NCBI RefSeq assembly: GCF_030028105.1
Contig: NC_092379.1
Coordinates: 26,591,821-26,655,820, forward strand
Direction of reading: 5' to 3'
DNA length: 64,000 nt
From: Mobula birostris
Lineage: Eukaryota
Position 1 is the stretch's first letter. The number at the start of each line of letters is the position of its first letter. A program made the position numbers and the translations under genes. This document shows positions 11,545-21,719 of the stretch, one piece after another. The notes under the pieces were generated by a model, which was not told the DNA's origin, ran no database searches, and worked only from the letters and a program-made list of their open reading frames with translations.

Positions 11545-12390
11545 TCCACATTAGTCATAATCATAGTCATATTTTATTGATCCCGGGGGAAATTGGTTTT
11601 CGTTACAGTTGCACCATAACTAATTAAATAGTAATAAACTCATAAATAGTTAAATTGTAATATGTAAATTATGACAGGAAATATTGGCTCAGGGTGTCTG
11701 ACCCTCCAAGGGATGAGTTGTAAAGTTTGATGGCCACAGGCAGGAATGACTTCCTATGACGCTCTGTGTTACATCTCGGTAGAATGAATCTCTGGCCGAA
11801 TGTACTCCTGTGCCCAACCAGTACATTATGTACCGGATGGGAGACATTGTCCAAGATGGCTTGCAATTTGGACAGCATCCTCTTTTCAGACACCACCGTC
11901 AGAGAGTTCAGTTCCATCCCCACAACATCATTAGTCTTACGAATGAGATTGTTGATGCTGTTGGTGTCTGCTACCCTCAGCCTGCTGCCCCAGCACACAC
12001 CAGCAAACATGATCGCACTGGCCAACACAGACTCGTAGAACATCCTTAGCACCGTCCGGCAGTTGCTAAAGGACCTCAGTCTCCTTAGGGAATAGAGACA
12101 GCTCTGACCCTTCTTGTAGACAGACTCAGTATTCTTTGATTAGTCCAGTTTATTTTCAATTCGCATCCCCAGGTATTTATAATCCTCCACCATGTCCACA
12201 ATGTCACCGCTACCTTAGCTCTCCTCAGGTCTCCCATCAGCTCCTTAGTCTTTTTTTTTTCACATTAAGCTGCAGATAATTCTGCTCTCACCATGTCACA
12301 AAGTTTCCTACCGTAGCCTTGTACTCAGCATCATTACCATCTCTGAGAAGATACACATCGACAGAGTATAGATGAATTTCACAATACTAC
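11545..12390 (-). mobile_element. Rex/Babar-type LINE 3' fragment (RT C-terminus + tail)
   Basis: MLRMFYESVLASAIMFAGVCWGS..RCNTERHRKSFLPVAIKLYN, upstream EAEYKATVGNFVTW-type motif, and tail CCCCCGGGATCAATAAAATATGACTATGA on the minus strand. Confidence 0.8.
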
Positions 12391-12584
12391 ATGTGTGTTT
12401 CTCGTCAACGATACTGCGTTTTCACTTATGCTATGTGGACATGTTTGTCCTATAGAGCAATTATGTCCTGCATTTCGGTATAAATTTATGAGAATCGGTA
12501 AAATCTGTGTCAAGGAAAACAGAGTCATCTCTAACGCGATAACCCGGACACATTTTTAAGAGATGCCACTTAACCTGGAAACAT

Positions 12585-12879
12585 ATTCCGTGACGTTGCT
12601 TCTCTTATTACAGACAGAAATGACGTAGAATGTGCATAAAATAGAAAAAAAAAGAAAGATAAAACCATGGTGATCTTAATTGACCAATTACCTGTCAACG
12701 TGCAGCCAAAACAACCAATCACATCGTTTGTGTCCCTGTCTGTCTGTCTCTCTCTTTCTCGAAGAACCAATCATGAGAAATGATGGATGGTATACTTCGC
12801 TCGCATTTCTGTTAACCAGTCAGAACAGTAACATCAACAAATTGCACCGTTGCGTGTCGTACTCGACATAGCAGACAAC
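12585..12879 (+). promoter_or_regulatory. V1 promoter: CRE-like TGACGT plus three CCAAT boxes
   Basis: TGACGT at 12591 and 12621; CCAAT at 12684, 12715 and 12767. The layout is conserved upstream of all six leaders. No Ig octamer seen. Confidence 0.6.
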
Positions 12880-13320
12880 ATGTGGACAATCCGATTTTGG
12901 GCACTAATATTTATGCCTACACTACCCGGTATGTTCAGTTTATAATATTCGTGCGCTTCCTCTGGGATATCTTTCCCTTGGGAAATTCTCATACGTTTCT
13001 TATTTTCTTCCAGGCGTGAGTGCTGAATATTTGGTAATCCAGGATCCGGCAGTCATTGCGGTTCAGGAAGGTGAACGCGTGCTGCTGAACTGCAGCTACC
13101 CTGCAACAGCTGCCAGCACGCTGTTCTGGTACATGCAATATCCTGGAGAATTTCTAAGATATTTATTGAAGAGATACGCAACAGGGAATGGTGGAGAGCG
13201 ATCGCCTGATTGCCCAGACAGGTTTTCAGCTGCAGTAGACAAAAGAAGTGCGACTGTTCCTTTCAGAATATCTGCTGCTCGTATCTCTGACTCCGCCGTA
13301 TTTTTCTGTGCCATGATGCA
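12880..13320 (+). CDS. TRAV: TCR alpha/delta V segment V1 (leader 12880-12928, intron 12929-13013, V exon 13014-13320)
   Basis: Leader MWTIRFWALIFMPTLP-G with phase-1 GT..CAG intron. Open V exon with LNCSY (Cys23), LFWYMQ (Trp41) and SDSAVFFCAM (Cys104), followed by an RSS. Alpha versus delta usage cannot be resolved. Confidence 0.9.
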
Positions 13321-13359
13321 CACATTACTGCCGAGCTATAGAACACCACTACAAAAAAC
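13321..13359 (+). other. 23-RSS of V1: CACATTA-23 bp-ACAAAAAAC (one extra A in the nonamer)
   Basis: Heptamer 13321-13327, spacer 13328-13350, nonamer region reads ACAAAAAACC. Confidence 0.88.
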
Positions 13360-15224
13360 CGTTTGTAAAATTTACAATTTGCAGACTTCAGGGGGCAGCA
13401 TAGAGATAATGTTGGCTCCGCGGCACATTTTGCAGGAAGATACAGACTGAAACAATCACCTCAGTGGAAATGCATCGTGTGTTTACGTTAAGACATTGCA
13501 GCATCTCGAGCTGCTTATCTGATTGTGCAGAAGTCCTGGACAATATTTAAATTGATTAAAATTCGTTTGACTTGAGCGATGAATTTATACCGATACCAAA
13601 CCCTGCAGTGGGTGTTTACATTTTGTCTTCTAATATTTACCACATGCTACAGTCACAATTCGAATAACAGGCTAACAGAATTGTCACGATATTTAGCCAT
13701 AGCTCGCAGTTCCTCTGAGCGGCGAAGTTTCATTGTCTTGGGAGCTCATATTGGTAATGTCGACATTTCTCTCAGTCACTGTTGCATCTTTTGTCTGATG
13801 CTTTGCTTTGCATCCATGCTCCCCCCCCCGCCCCATGAATGATTCAGAAAAAGTCGATTCCCTACGTTCAATGACAGCATTAATAGATCCATTGCGCCGT
13901 TTTGTTCTGCTGTTTTAAGTTATTGTGTGCACCGTTAAATCCTCGCTGATGAAGTCTGACAAAGAACACTATTGTTTACTATCGTAGGATGAAACTATTT
14001 GGTCCTCCATTCAAGGAAGGGAGCACAGGAATAATACTTAAATACAAACGAATATGTCAGTGCAGTTCCAGCAGCGAAGTCCGCATCTCCGAACTGTCAT
14101 ACCGATCTGGAGGACATTTGGCCCATTAGATTTCACATTATTGTATTTAACCTATGCATTTTCAGCAAAATTGGATTTGTTTCTCTTGAAGAGGAGAAGC
14201 TGCAAACGGAATCGAGACATTTGTACAACCTGTTTGAGGCTGCTGAAACTTGTATCATTATAATATTGGTTTCGCTTAACCTTCCCAACCACACTATGGA
14301 AATATTTGAGTGGGTCTAACAGCTTATTTTGGAAATTCTTTCGTTCAGAGCATAAATACTCTGTTTCTGCAGGAACTCAGTTTCAGCCAAATAAACCCCT
14401 TCCCTTCAAATACAGAGAAATAGCTAAAAACATATCTTCTCTTATTCCTTATTGTTTTGATATAACCAAACTTCGGTACCAGTGATGCCCAAAATAAATG
14501 AATCTGCTGGAGACTGCAATGATTAAATTAAAGACTGCCCGTGTTTCCACTTCTTCGGAATCTTTGTCATTTCCATGAAGCCTCCGAGGATCAGATTCGC
14601 TACTACAATGGATCTTGATGTTGGCAAAATCAGCAAGGTTAGATAGCACAAAACCACGAAGATTAGTCACAGTTCAATCCAAAGACAATACAGCATGCAG
14701 ACGATACGTCAGATCATCGTGATTTAACCGCTACAAACACACTGAATGCGACACATATACTGAAAATAAGACATGCTTACTGATACTCTTCATAAAATGA
14801 ACATTGAATCGCCGCGGGTCAGTCGAACGGAGGGTTCAGTGTGCACTGTTTCCACAATGCAGTGTCTCATAATTATTGCGTATAATTCTTGGAACAGTCT
14901 ACAATAGTACAGCAATATTTTAAAATATCTTAAATTGACGATGTTTCCTCATAAACAACGGTTTCAAAATTTGCACGCTGAGGAAACTACGACGAACAGT
15001 GGTTTCCCAAAATCAAAAAAAGAACCTGCCGAAATATTTTCTAATAGGTTTGAAAGCGGAAATTGTACTCGCAAGACCCTCCATCTTCTGCTCAGATTTT
15101 ATTCTATTTGCATCTGTCTCCACTATTAACAAAATACCCTTTACTGCAAACAGCTTGTGAACAAGTATCTTTGTTTGTAATAAATTCAGGTATACGAGAT
15201 TTTATGAAACTTAATAAGTGTTGA

Positions 15225-15700
15225 CGCTTCGGACTGAGATGCTATATCAGGGCTAGGAAGGAAGCGGAAGGAAACCAAAAATGACATGTTGGGGGACTGG
15301 GACAATTAAAAGTTGGAAGGTAATAGGAGAAGCCAGGTGACGGGCTAAGTTCCCTGATAGGGAACGGAATGTGAAGTGATAAAATGTGAAAGGAGAGATG
15401 GAACAGATATATGCCTAGAAAAGGAGAAATCTGATCGTTGCGAAGAGAGCATCATTGGAATATTGGAAGGAGATGTATGAGACGTATGTGGTAGGCAGAA
15501 GGCGTAAGAAGGGAGACGATATGCGAACTGAAAAAACGAGAGAATGAGTGGAAAACAAATATTGGACGTTGCAGAAAATGATATCTATGGCTTCCCGTTT
15601 GAAGTTACCCGAATGGAAGAGAAGGAATTGCACACATTTTGGTGAATAAAATAAGGAAATATTACTCACAACATCTGCCAATGTAGCAGAGGAGGTTTGT
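15225..15700 (-). mobile_element. Penelope-like element 3' relic (GIY-YIG C-terminus + 3' repeat with hammerhead relic), unit A
   Basis: Minus strand gives LLCYIG, then FLLFHSGNFKREAIDIIFCNV (~HLIFRLGSLQPDGMNIDFSNF), a pyrimidine-rich tract and CTGATATAGCATCTCAGTCCGAAGCGTC. Family assignment from recalled consensus. Confidence 0.6.
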
Positions 15701-17328
15701 TAGCTTTTAGTTCCCTCCAGTATAATGTATGAACGAGGTATCTTCAAATTTGTACACGAATAACTCTAACTGTTTTGAACAGTAAATAACCTTGTTTTGC
15801 ATGGGCAAAACAGTTGACTTCCTTTCCGATATATTAAGAAACTTGAAGCATGATGTCAAAGAGTGTGTGTGTCCTTCTTTCTTTTTTTTTTGATTATATT
15901 TCACTATGTTGCAGTCATTAAACATACAGCTCCATTTATTCTAATGAAAGGCGATTAGCGCCTTCAAAATCTCTTTTTAGCATTCAACTCGTCCCTTGTT
16001 TCCCAATGTTATCGTCTAGGGGCGGCAGCTGATGCGCTCTAGTTTCTGCGTTTTGAGGTTCATCGTGATATCAATCATAGAGAAAATTAAAAAAAAACAC
16101 GTCGACCAGAAGCTAGAACACTTGTGGATCCGCGCCTGCCTCGCTGATGTCAAAAGTTACCCACTGTTTACGTTTTTCATCGATATCCTGTACATCGCCT
16201 CTCACTTAACCTAGCTTTCCCGATAACTGCCTCTGCACAATCTGTCACTAAATTACTTGGTGGTGCCCTCTACTGTTGTGTGCAAAGCACTGGTACCTGG
16301 ACACTGTGTGGTTGTGGGGCTTCTCAGTAACTAATTTACACCCGCGCACATAACTTTGTTGGCAAAGAACTGACATTTTATTTTATATAACATCAACTTA
16401 ATTTTCAACTTGTGCGAATTGAAATTCGAAATCTATGCCAATATATTTACAAACATAGTAGGTTGATTGTGTAATGAATATAAATCATAAATACTGGAAA
16501 TAATTAAACTTTCAGTCATTTTATAGATTCACTATTTTGAAATTGGCAATGTTTCAAGTTAAAAACACTGTTGCAAATTTTAAGAATAATCAAAGAGTGG
16601 AAATGGATAGCTGATTGATAATAAATCGCCAGCCCGCTGAACACACTTGCTGTCTAGTTAACTATATTCATTTTGTCATTGTGCCTATCAGTGTTTGATA
16701 TCATTTACTTGTGTTATGATATGTTGTTTGTGCTTGTTCGATATGTGAAATATCAATATTCTGACTGTTTTGGGTAAAAAAAAGCATTCTTCCAATCTAT
16801 CCAAGAAATAAAGCATCTTTCTGCTCAATATTAGGTTGTCCACATTAAGACAATGCAGAGAGAAAAAAAAAACAAGAACAACAACATCTATGCAGCACAT
16901 CAGAACATTGCAAAGAAAACTACATGCAATGTCCAGTTGTTAGTCCGTAAAAGATAGAAAAGCTAGAATGCTTAACTCATGCAACGTTATGTAGTGTGAT
17001 CTTAGTTCGAACACGAAACAAAGTAATAAGGCTTTCAGAACATTTTCTGGTTACTGCATTAATAAGGAATTACGAAGTAGAACTAGTGTTACAAAGCGCA
17101 GGTTAAACAACGTAAAGATATATTCACCAGGTATTCTCTGAAGGCTCTGACCGATGCACAATATCGAGTTGTTTCAAATCACCTTAACGTTGTTTACGAA
17201 ACTAGGTTTTCAGATTAAGAATGCATCCGGATATTCTGGAAACGAGAGGCTGAATTCTTGCCAATGAGTTACATAGTACACAACCATAAGAATCATAAAT
17301 TATAGATCTTTTTAGTTCAGAATGTAAG

Positions 17329-19860
17329 ACCATAAGACCATAAGACAAAGGAGCTGAAGTAGGCCATTCGGCCCATCGAGTCTGCTCCGCTATTTTATCA
17401 TGAGCTGATCCATTTCTCCTATTTAGTCCCACACCCCTGCCTTCTCACCATAACATTTGATGCCCTGGCTACTCAGATACCTATCAATCTCTGCCTTAAA
17501 TACACCCAATGACTTGGCCTCCACTGCTGCCCGTGGCAACAAATTCCATAGATTGACCACCCTCTGACTAAAAAAAAATCTTCGCATTTCTGTTCTGAAA
17601 GGGCGCCCTTAAGTCATGCCCTCTCGCACTAGACTCTCCCATCATGGGAAACAACTTTGCCACATCCACTCTGTCTAAGCCTTTTAACTTTCGAAATGTT
17701 TCTATGAGGACTCCCCTCATTCTTCTAAACTCCAAGGAATACAGTCCAAGAGCGGACAAACCTTCCTCGTATGTTAACCCTCTCATTCCGGAATCATTCT
17801 AGTGAATCTTCTCTGTACCCTCTCCAACGTCAGCGCATCCTTTCTTAAATAGGGAGACCAAAACTACCCACAGTACTCCAAGTGAGGTCTCACCAGTGCC
17901 TTATAGAGCCTCAACATTACATCCCTGCTCCGATACTCTACTCCTCTAGAAATTAATACCAACATCGCACTCGCCTTCTTCACTACTGACTCAACCTGGA
18001 GGTTAACTTTAAGGGTATCCTGTACGAGGACTCCCAACTCCCGTTGCATCTCAGAACTTTGAATTCTTTCCCCATTTATATAATAGTCTTCCCGTTTTTT
18101 TTTTTTTTTTTCTGCCAAAGTGCATAACCATACACTTTCCAACATTCTACTTCATTTGCCACTTCTCTGCCCATTCTTCCAATCTGTCCAAGTCTCTCTG
18201 CAGACTCTCCGTTTCGTCAGCACTACCGGCCCCTCCACCTATCTTCGTATCGTCACCAAACTTAGCCACAAAGCCATCTATTCCATAATCTAAATCGTTG
18301 ATGTACAATACAAAAAGAAGCGGCCCCAACACTGATACCTGTGGAGCACCATTGGTAAGCAGCAGCCAACAAGAATAGGATCCCTTTATTCCCACTCTCT
18401 GTTTCCTGCCAATCAACCAACGCTCTATCCACGTATGTAACTTTCCCGTAATTCCATGGGCTCTTATCTTGTTAAGTAGCCTCATGTGTGGCACCTTGTC
18501 AAAGGCCTTCTGAAAATCCAAACATACAACATCCACTGCATCTGCCTTGTCTAACCTACTGGTAATTTCCTCAAAAAATTGCAATAGTTTTGTCAGGCAG
18601 GATTTTCCTTTAAGGAATCCATGCTGAGATCTGCCTATCAAGTCATATGCCTCCAGGTACTCTGTAACCTCATCCTTGACAATCGACTTCAACAACTTCC
18701 CAACCACGAATGTCAAGCTTACAGGTCTATAATTTCCTTTTCGATTCCTTGCCCCCTTCTTAAAGAGCAGAGTGACATTTGCAATCTTGAAAATATTTGA
18801 AAAAGCTTTTAGTATCCTCTTCGATATTATTTGCTAGCTTCCTTTCATAGTTAATCTTAATGACCATCTTGGTTTCCTTTTGTAAGGTTTTAAAAACTTC
18901 CCAGTCCTCTCTCTTCCCACTAATTTTGGCTTCCTTGTATGCCCTCTCTTTTGCTTTAACTTTGGCTTTGACTTCTCTTGTCAACCACGGTTGAAACCAT
19001 TTTCCACTCGAAAATGTCTTCTTTTTTGGAATATACCTGTCTTGCACATTCCTCATTTCTCGCATAAACTCCAACCACTGCTGCTCTGCTGTCTTCCCCG
19101 CCAGTGTCTCTTTCCAGTCAACTTTGGCCAGCTCCTCTCTCATGCCACTGTAATTCCCTTTACTCCACTGAAATACCGACACATCAGATTTCGGCTTCTC
19201 TTTTTCTAATTTCACAGTGAGCTCAATCGTGTTATGATCACTGCCTCCTAAGGTTTCCTTCACCTCAATCTCTCCAATCACCTCCGGTTCATTACACAAT
19301 GCCCGATCCAGTACAGCCGATCCCCTGATAGGCTCAACAACAAGCTGTTCTAAAAAGCCATCTCGCAGACATTCTACAACATTTTTTCTCCTGTGATGCA
19401 GTGCTGACCTGATTTTCCCAATCTACTCGCATCTTAAAATCCCCCACAATTATCAATACACTGCCCTTCTGATAAGCCTTTTCTATTCCAGTTGTACTTT
19501 GTAGTCCACATCCCTGCAGCTGTTTGGAGGCCTATAAATAACTGCCATCAGGGTCCTTTTACCCCTGCTATTTCTTAGCTCAACCCATAAAGATTCTGAA
19601 CCTTCCGATCGTATATCACCTCTTTCTCTGGCTAAAGTACATGCATCCTTTAGCCAGGTCTCAGTGATGGCCACAATATCATACCTGCCAATCTGTAGCT
19701 GTACAACAAGGACATCCACCTTATTCCTTATTCCTTATGCTGCGTGCATTTAAGTACAATGCCTTAACACCAGTATTTGATACTTCTTGCTTTGATTTCA
19801 CTGCAAATTTGTTGCACTGCAACTCATCCCAATGGCTACAAATTTGCCCCATAACCTGCC
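17329..19860 (-). mobile_element. CR1 LINE, paralogous copy of 561-3558 with extra internal deletions
   Basis: Same 3' junction (AGAATGTAAG|ACCATAAG) and 5' junction (CCTGCC|TGTGTTGCAGG) as the unit A copy. Deletions of ~360 bp near 18788 and ~120 bp near 19630. Confidence 0.92.
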
Positions 19861-20349
19861 TGTGTTGCAGGCTAATTTTTCGCAGACTGAGCGGTGGGGT
19901 GATTCCAATCAATTGCATCTCTTAGCAGTTGGGTGCACAAACTTCCGTCTCGTGAAGGTTTTTCTCCATTTCCATACCTCTGTATTACTGTCAGCTAACC
20001 ATCTGCAACAAACGTTTTCTTGAAATAAGTTATAGTACTTAGCACTCACTAAGTGAAGCAGGGCCCCGTCATCGTCCTTCGGAATAGACTCAGTGCATCT
20101 GTTTGTATCTAAGCGATATTAGGAATTTTTTCGTGTTGTCTGCTCTATCTATGCCAGTCATTATAGGTAGCACAACGACGTCCCTTCTTATTCACCGCCG
20201 CTCATTGGAGAACAAATCTAGTGTCACCAGATTGTCGTCATAACGAAGCTCCTTCATCCCATGCAAGGAAGTTGCATCTACTCTGTCCCTCCCTATCGCT
20301 TTGTACAATAACTGGACGTAGACCTCAGAGGATGTCATATGTATTTTAT

Positions 20350-20548
20350 AAAATTCGATTATTATTTCGATTTCGATTTCCTTTCTTTTTTTTCGCTTTA
20401 ATTGTTACAAGAGTTGAACTATGTGATTCGCAAACATAATATTGTTGATCATGGAATTCAACCTCACATATTTCTCTCCACAATGTGAAGATTGACTCCC
20501 TAAACGAGCAATATAATTACCCTAGCCTGTTCGATTTAAACACCAATT
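20350..20548 (-). mobile_element. hAT fossil C-terminal remnant (unit B)
   Basis: Homologous to 4040-4245, including the YVCES motif; the rest is deleted. Confidence 0.7.
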
Positions 20549-20736
20549 GCACTAGGTCATTTCATAACGCGGAAAAATTTACTCCAGCCCCTGTGTTCTT
20601 TACGCCCACTAAAAATATCCGGCTGTGCAGATTAATGAAGACTCTGTTACGAACTAAGTGCTACGTCAGTGTAGTGTTGTGGTGGTATGGATCTATCAAA
20701 GTTGCCAGGGCAAAGAGTAGTGCTTGCTCATCGACC

Positions 20737-21414
20737 AGATCAGAACATAATACAAGAAATAGGAGCAGCAGTAAGCCACCTGTCCCATCGAGCCTGCCCC
20801 ACTATTCAATTAGATAATGGCCAATGAGTCATCTCCACCTGCTCGTTTCACCCCATAGCCCATAGTTCTCCAACTATGCAGAAAAAAAAAAACGATTCAA
20901 CTTTGCCTTAATTATATTTACACAGGTAGTCTCCAGTGTTTCACTGGGGGAAGAATTCCACAAATCCTCCACTCTCTGCGAAAAGCACTATCTCCTCATC
21001 ACGGTGCTAAATCTGCTCCCGCGATGCTTGAGGCTATGATCCTAGCTCTAGTCATACCTACTAGTGGAAATAACATTCCTCACTCTCCTTCATCTATCTC
21101 TTTCATAATGTTATATATTTTCGATAAGATTTCCTTTCATTCTGCTGTATTCCAACATGCACAGGTAAAGACCACCATATTTTTCTTCAAATTCTAAAGA
21201 AATCCTCTCTGGAATTAGCCTAGCGCCTTTTTGAATGGATGCTGTGCCTGAAAATCAATCCTTTTACAATTCATGCACAAACTCTCCCGTTCATCTTCAC
21301 AACAGCATGCTGCATGATTTTTACCTTTCAAAAATAATCTGCACTTCCAATTTACTTCGAATGTAAGTGACTTTGTATTTACCAACATTGAACTCCATCT
21401 GCCAGACCCTTGCC
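20737..21414 (-). mobile_element. Old CR1 3' fragment (unit B, internally deleted)
   Basis: Homologous to 10040-10718. Confidence 0.8.
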
Positions 21415-21719
21415 GATGTGCTTTGATAGCTGCTATGAAACCATCAGAACTGGTGCTTGATTGTAGTAAGAGCAGCTGTTGCGTATCCGAAGTCGTGTGA
21501 GCAGTGACGCAACGGAGACAAAACCGAAAGGCTACTGATTTTGACTATTGTCAACTGTCTTGTCAAGACACAGCCCAGAATACAACATAACAAACTCATT
21601 ATTTTAAAAACAACAAGAACAATCAGGGCAGAAATCATGACCGCCCGCATCATACGAAACGACACATTGTGATGTTAATGACGGTCATGTTAATTCAGCT
21701 GTTTGTTTATCTCAACATT

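Larger units (their letters stand above)
33..16800. repeat. Tandem duplication unit A (~16.8 kb; long type, carries young CR1 and V1)
   Basis: Boundaries are arbitrary, set at the marker CCAAGAAATAAAGCATC, which recurs at 33, 16801, 27796, 41753, 45104, 53343 and 61566 with colinear homologous sequence after it. Confidence 0.9.

Noticed and set aside
12880-13320. NAR-TCR supporting V segment or doubly rearranging cassette
   Set aside because: Each V has its own leader exon, and no upstream VNAR-like exon with D/J segments was found.
13319-13325. Alternative heptamer CACACAT in V1 and V3
   Set aside because: It gives a 25-bp spacer and is absent in V2, V4 and V5; CACATTA gives exactly 23 bp in all five.
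13014-13359. Ig light-chain (lambda-like) or IgH V identity
   Set aside because: No octamer was seen in the promoters, and the framework motifs (QEG..V.LNCSY, WYMQY, LLKRY, DSAVFFCAM) are TRAV/TRDV-like rather than Ig-like.
13946-13995. CTGATGA...GAAAC as a hammerhead ribozyme
   Set aside because: No stem II pairing, and CTGATGA is altered in paralogs (TTATGA).
14040-14700. Recurrent 70-110-aa ORFs downstream of each V (e.g. MSVQFQQRSPL.., MVLCYLTLLLF..)
   Set aside because: They recur only because the DNA is duplicated; lengths and frames differ among paralogs and no domain was recognised.
16270-16308. CACTGTG as a minus-strand RSS of a D or J segment
   Set aside because: The best nonamer match is about 5 of 9 at a 22-bp spacing, there is no J motif (FGxG) nearby, and the heptamer is absent in unit B.
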